Part shown: positions 60,044 through 64,000 of the stretch, one piece after another | Numbering within the stretch: the stretch's first letter is position 1 | How the letters are laid out: every line of letters starts with the position of its first letter | Assembly: GCA_973895155.1 (NCBI GenBank) | Contig: OZ316891.1 | Span: forward strand, 16,705,651 to 16,769,650 | Source of the DNA: Marsupella aquatica | Lineage: Eukaryota > Plantae > Marchantiophyta | Reading direction: 5' to 3' | Length of the DNA stretch: 64,000 bases | Translations under genes and position numbers: made by a program | Notes under the pieces: model-generated | The model's database searches: none | What the model was told of the DNA's origin: nothing | Seen by the model: the letters and a program-made list of their open reading frames with translations, nothing else

Positions 60044-63018
60044 TGTGGACTAGCTCAAAATAGGGTATGTAAGAAACTCATCATTTTTTTTGCTTTTTGT
60101 ACAAGGATAGTAAGAAATACATTTTAGCATTAGTAAAGTACTTAGCAACCCTAAGTCACTAAGGAAGGATAGTAGGGAATCATGGAAGGGAAAAATATGT
60201 TGTTCTAAGAAGATGTAAAGGGGTAAGTGAGGTCTTTATGGTAGGGCAGCAAATATTCTTTCCTTAGTTAGGATAGGCGACTAAATCGGGACCGGAAAAT
60301 GACCCAACACCTGACATCTCATTTTTGGCTAATATTTCTCCCATGGGTGCGGGGAGGTCCCTAGGGAACCCTGAAAAATTATGAAGTGAAGTAGGGTCTC
60401 AACCTAGGAATTGTGAGTATTTTGGCTGAACTTAAAATAACCATCTAGCGGGTCCCGGAGAAATTATCCAAGGGGTAGATATTTTTGGTTCAAGGTTAAA
60501 ATTGGGTATAGTATAGCCCATAATATCCCTTGAAAGTCTAAGAAGTAGTTTATCAACTTTGGTTAGTTTTTGGGAGCACCTCAAAGATTGGGAAAAGTAA
60601 TGCAACCTATAGATATGGGCAAACTTAGATATTTTTAGAAAAGTCAGTGCGGGGTATTTAGTGCATTTGACAAATTCAAAAGGGAGTCCTATGTCCAAGG
60701 ATCCCATAACTATGCTCAGAAGTTCTTTTAGACATATGGGTGATTTTTGGCATGGCTTTAAAAAGGGCTAGTACAAAGTTTTCTCCCGCGAGAGAACCAA
60801 ATTTTTTCTAAGTGTGGAAACGCGACGACGCGGCTGCGACGAGGCTAGCACAAGGCAGGAAGGAGTCTAAGCACGAGGGCGGCTGCGAGTTGAGTGATTA
60901 GACTATGAAATCACATGGTGGAAAATCTATGGTGGGCTATTGTTGCTCCAGCACGAGATCGACTAACTTAGGCAATGTAAAATTGATGCAGCAGCTGTCT
61001 AGTAAACGTGATCTCTGCCTGGATGCTGACAAATTGAGAAAGGGCAGGCACTACATAGGCTATAGAGCTTGCTGTCAAGGAAAACGTGGATGGTGCTGGC
61101 TGATTCACTCCACTGACTGATTCAATGTGCTGGCTGATTCAATGTGCTGGCTGATTCAATGTGCTGGCTGATTCAATCTACGGGTAGGTAAGCTTGTGCT
61201 GAGTAAATTCAAAAGAGAATGGCTGGCAATTGAGAATCCATGTGCTGAGAATTGACCAGCTGCTGCAATTTACAGCAGTTGTGAGCTATGGCTACTCCTG
61301 AGCAAATCAATCACAATCCAGCCCAACAATTAGAAGGGACTCAGTCATAAATCAGAGGAGAAGCTACTGCAAAAATCAGTCAAGCAATTAGTCAAGGAAT
61401 CATCCTCAAATCAGCTGCACAATCAGGCACGATGCTAAGCTCTATAGCTTCTGGAAAGACTGGACCTTATGAGGAACTCTCTCAGGTCGACACCTGGTAT
61501 ACACATAAGTGTAAACCGGGACCTATGACAGTGTAATTCGGAGCCCTTTTGCACAAAAGGGATTGAGAGAGGGAAAATGTCATAACTTGAGCTAGGGGCA
61601 TCCGTTGGGGCCCATATTTTTTGTGCCGATTCAAGGGAAGGTAAAGCATCGTTGAGTGAAGGTAGAAACCCAGGAAAAGAAATACCCAGAGATATTTTAA
61701 ATCGTCGCCATGGGGGGGTCCCGCTAGCTTGCAAACGGGAGCTGCCAAGGGGGAATGAATACCTGATGTAGGGCCAAATACTTTGGGTACCCATACCACT
61801 TTAGTAAGGCTCTAGGGAAGGGTACTTACCTTTGGCCGAAGGTGCAAGGCCATCAAGTTAATAGAAGTGAGTATAGAGGGTAGTTTGCTTAGGGTAGTAT
61901 AAGGGGTACAAGTCAAATAAGGCCAACTTTGACTAGGCATAACTTTGGACTCAAGTACTCTTTTTGTGAGCTTTCAAGTGCGTTGGAAAGTTGATGAAGA
62001 GGACCATAAGTAGGAGCAGGTTTGGAGGTCAAAGCATGCAACTCATGTGTGGCATATTCCAGGGCTTGGAAGGAGTCAAGCAATAGGTTGTAGAGTGAGC
62101 TATGAACTATAGTTTGGACTTGGTGTGTTAGGAGGACTTGGGGGAGGTATAGTTGGACCCCAGGTCAAGCTTGGTGTGGTGTGAAAGGAGAATAGTATAT
62201 AAGGTGGAAGATTTTATTTGTTGAGGACCAGAAGTCTCATTCTTAAGTGTAAGCTCTACCTTGCAAGTTGGGGCTAAGATTGAGAAGGGGAAGGAGGTCC
62301 ATGCTTAGTGTGGAGAGTGTGTAGTGACCTTTTATGTAAGGATTGAGTATACAATAAAAGGATTCTTCCAATCTTCATTGTGACCACTAAGTGTGACTAA
62401 ATGTGAAGTATTTGAGAGCAAGAGAAGAGTCCATGCTAGGATGCAATCTTGGTCTAATCGTGAAGGGGATGTGCTGGTACACAACCAAGGCCAGGGAGAC
62501 AAGGTTAAGGTGGAGCACTACTTTGGGGTTTAGAGAGGATTGTATCTTGAGGGTGGAAAGTACCTTGCTTTGTGTGAGAACCAAGAGGAAGAGTTCTTTG
62601 CACAAAGAGTTTTTCTAGAGCTCAAGGGGGTGTGTGGACCCAAACCAAGGCCAGGGGGGAAATGTTAAGGGGTAACACTACCTTGAGGATCTTGAGGGGA
62701 CTTAAGCTTGAAGAGAAAAGTACTTGGGGTTTTTGGGTGTTTGTTTAGGGTCTACTCTAAGGTGACAGCTTGGAGTGGATATCCCCCTTGCTAATCCTTG
62801 GAGTAGAGGAGAGAGAAAGAGTGGGAGTGCAAAAGTAGTCAAGGTGACTACCTCTCTAGAAGTGGAGAGTTGAAACTACTTGTGTATGGTGTACTTAGAC
62901 CTTGCATGCACATTTCAGAAGTTTTGTCAATCCTTTGTGACCCTGGTATGACATGGAGCAAGTATTAGGTAGTTTTTTAGGGGAAAAGATGCTTAAGCTC
63001 CTTGATAAGTGTTTGACA
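60044..63018. mobile_element. ~3.0-kb non-coding solo LTR
   Basis: ggggc|TGTGGAC ... GTTTGACA|ggggc, a perfect 5-bp TSD. Removing it restores the host frame. Confidence 0.85.
61094..61177. repeat. 17-bp tandem repeat (tgctggctgattcaatg)n
   Basis: About four copies directly visible. Confidence 0.85.
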
Positions 63019-64000
63019 GGGGCAAGCCATCAGTTGGCAAAAGGGTCTGGAGGAAACTGACTCCAGGTCTCAACGGGACACAGCCAAGATTGACACCCTG
63101 AAGGCAGAGGTGGCGCGGCTTCAAGGAGAAGTCACAAAACAGGCCCAGTTGGTGGACAAGCTGACGAGCGACACCCAGCATCTGGAGGAGGCATGCCAGG
63201 AGACCGTGGAAGAGGCAGACGCGGCAAAGCAGGAAAACAAATCTCTGCTGGACCAGGTCCAGCTACTCAAGCCGGACGCCGACAGGCTCAGAAGGCAGTG
63301 GGATAGCCGCTCCCACTCAGGCGGCTCTGGCAAGCGTGCCAGGCATTAGCGGCGGAGTAGGATTAGAGTAGAGCTAGGAATAGCTAAATTAGGCTATAGG
63401 GACAAGCACCTGCCCTAGTTAAAGCAGCACTGCCATGCTGTACAACCTGCATAGATTAGGATCTTCTAATAAGACAAGCCGTTTTCCAGCCTGACAGCCA
63501 GCTTAGTTAGGACCTTAGTTAGTGAATCTTCGGGCGCAAGGGCACTCCGTTCCTAGCCCTTAGTATTTAGTGCACCCCTTGGTAGAGGCAGGAGGAATTT
63601 TTAGTCTCAATGTTGGACATCCGCGGTATGTGCGGGGAGTCCCAACCTCTGGGAGTGAAAGAGTACCAAGGGGAGGGTGTAGGACTAAGCTCGTTGGGCG
63701 AGTGCGGAGCCGGGCTCCGTTGTAGTGTACATCCTCGGCCTCGGACCTGTTCATTCCAGGGCTTTTGGGTCAACTAAGTGTACGCATATGTCTCCTATGT
63801 AGTAAAATCCTTTCCCACTATTTCCTTCGTGTAAATCAAGATTGTATGCTTGTGCGTATGTATATGTGTGAATCTCGTGTATAGGTGCCAACGCTTGGCC
63901 AAAAGCACTACCCAAGTCGTGCACGAGGTGCAGCTTGCGGGTAAGTGGTTGCGAGCCCGGGTTTAGTACCCATACCATCGAATCCGGATCGAAGGCGGAC

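Larger units (their letters stand above)
58472..63349 (+). pseudogene. TE-associated ORF (same family as 20131-21225) plus coiled-coil tail, split by a solo LTR
   Basis: GFEHLASLPWN...MTEFIQNF...ISGLPKG...DNGFLMRMC. The coiled-coil frame KIDGLQG|QAISWQKG rejoins across 60044-63018. Confidence 0.6.
55896..64000. mobile_element. LTR-retroelement-derived region with divergent ORFs; right end probably outside window
   Basis: Starts TGTGGTGCGT...ctaaacccaaga, similar to the reverse complement of the 32726 terminus. Minus ORF 56786-57220 and plus ORF remnants 57780-60043 and 63024-63349. Confidence 0.55.

Overview
Eukaryotic, TE-dense DNA with spliceosomal introns, most likely from a bryophyte (inferred from gene and TE style). 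It holds one intact host gene, a 9-exon SUD1/DOA10-type RING-CH E3 ligase (40593-46852). The rest is nested transposons. A Ty3/Gypsy pol ending in a PHD finger (25047-33065) is interrupted by a large CACTA-type element (window start to ~25046) that carries a SET-domain gene. One intron of the CACTA transposase contains an 11.35-kb Mutator-like element (3929-15282, 8-bp TSD). This element is the main finding. It pairs a GCM-like/DDE/SWIM transposase with a divergently transcribed, intron-containing gene fusing a ParB-like domain (DGNHRL) to a beta-class N4/N6 DNA-methyltransferase-like domain. Its non-coding DNA carries about 14 copies of a 13-bp palindrome, AGCGCCNGGCGCT, resembling parS or the VANC target motifs. 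A second, older partial copy lies at ~38.0-39.3 kb. The window also has TG...CA solo-LTR-like units with 5-bp TSDs (two contain related ORFs), a 5'-truncated LINE, and decayed Gypsy/CACTA fragments. All domain calls come from recognising motifs by eye, not from database searches.
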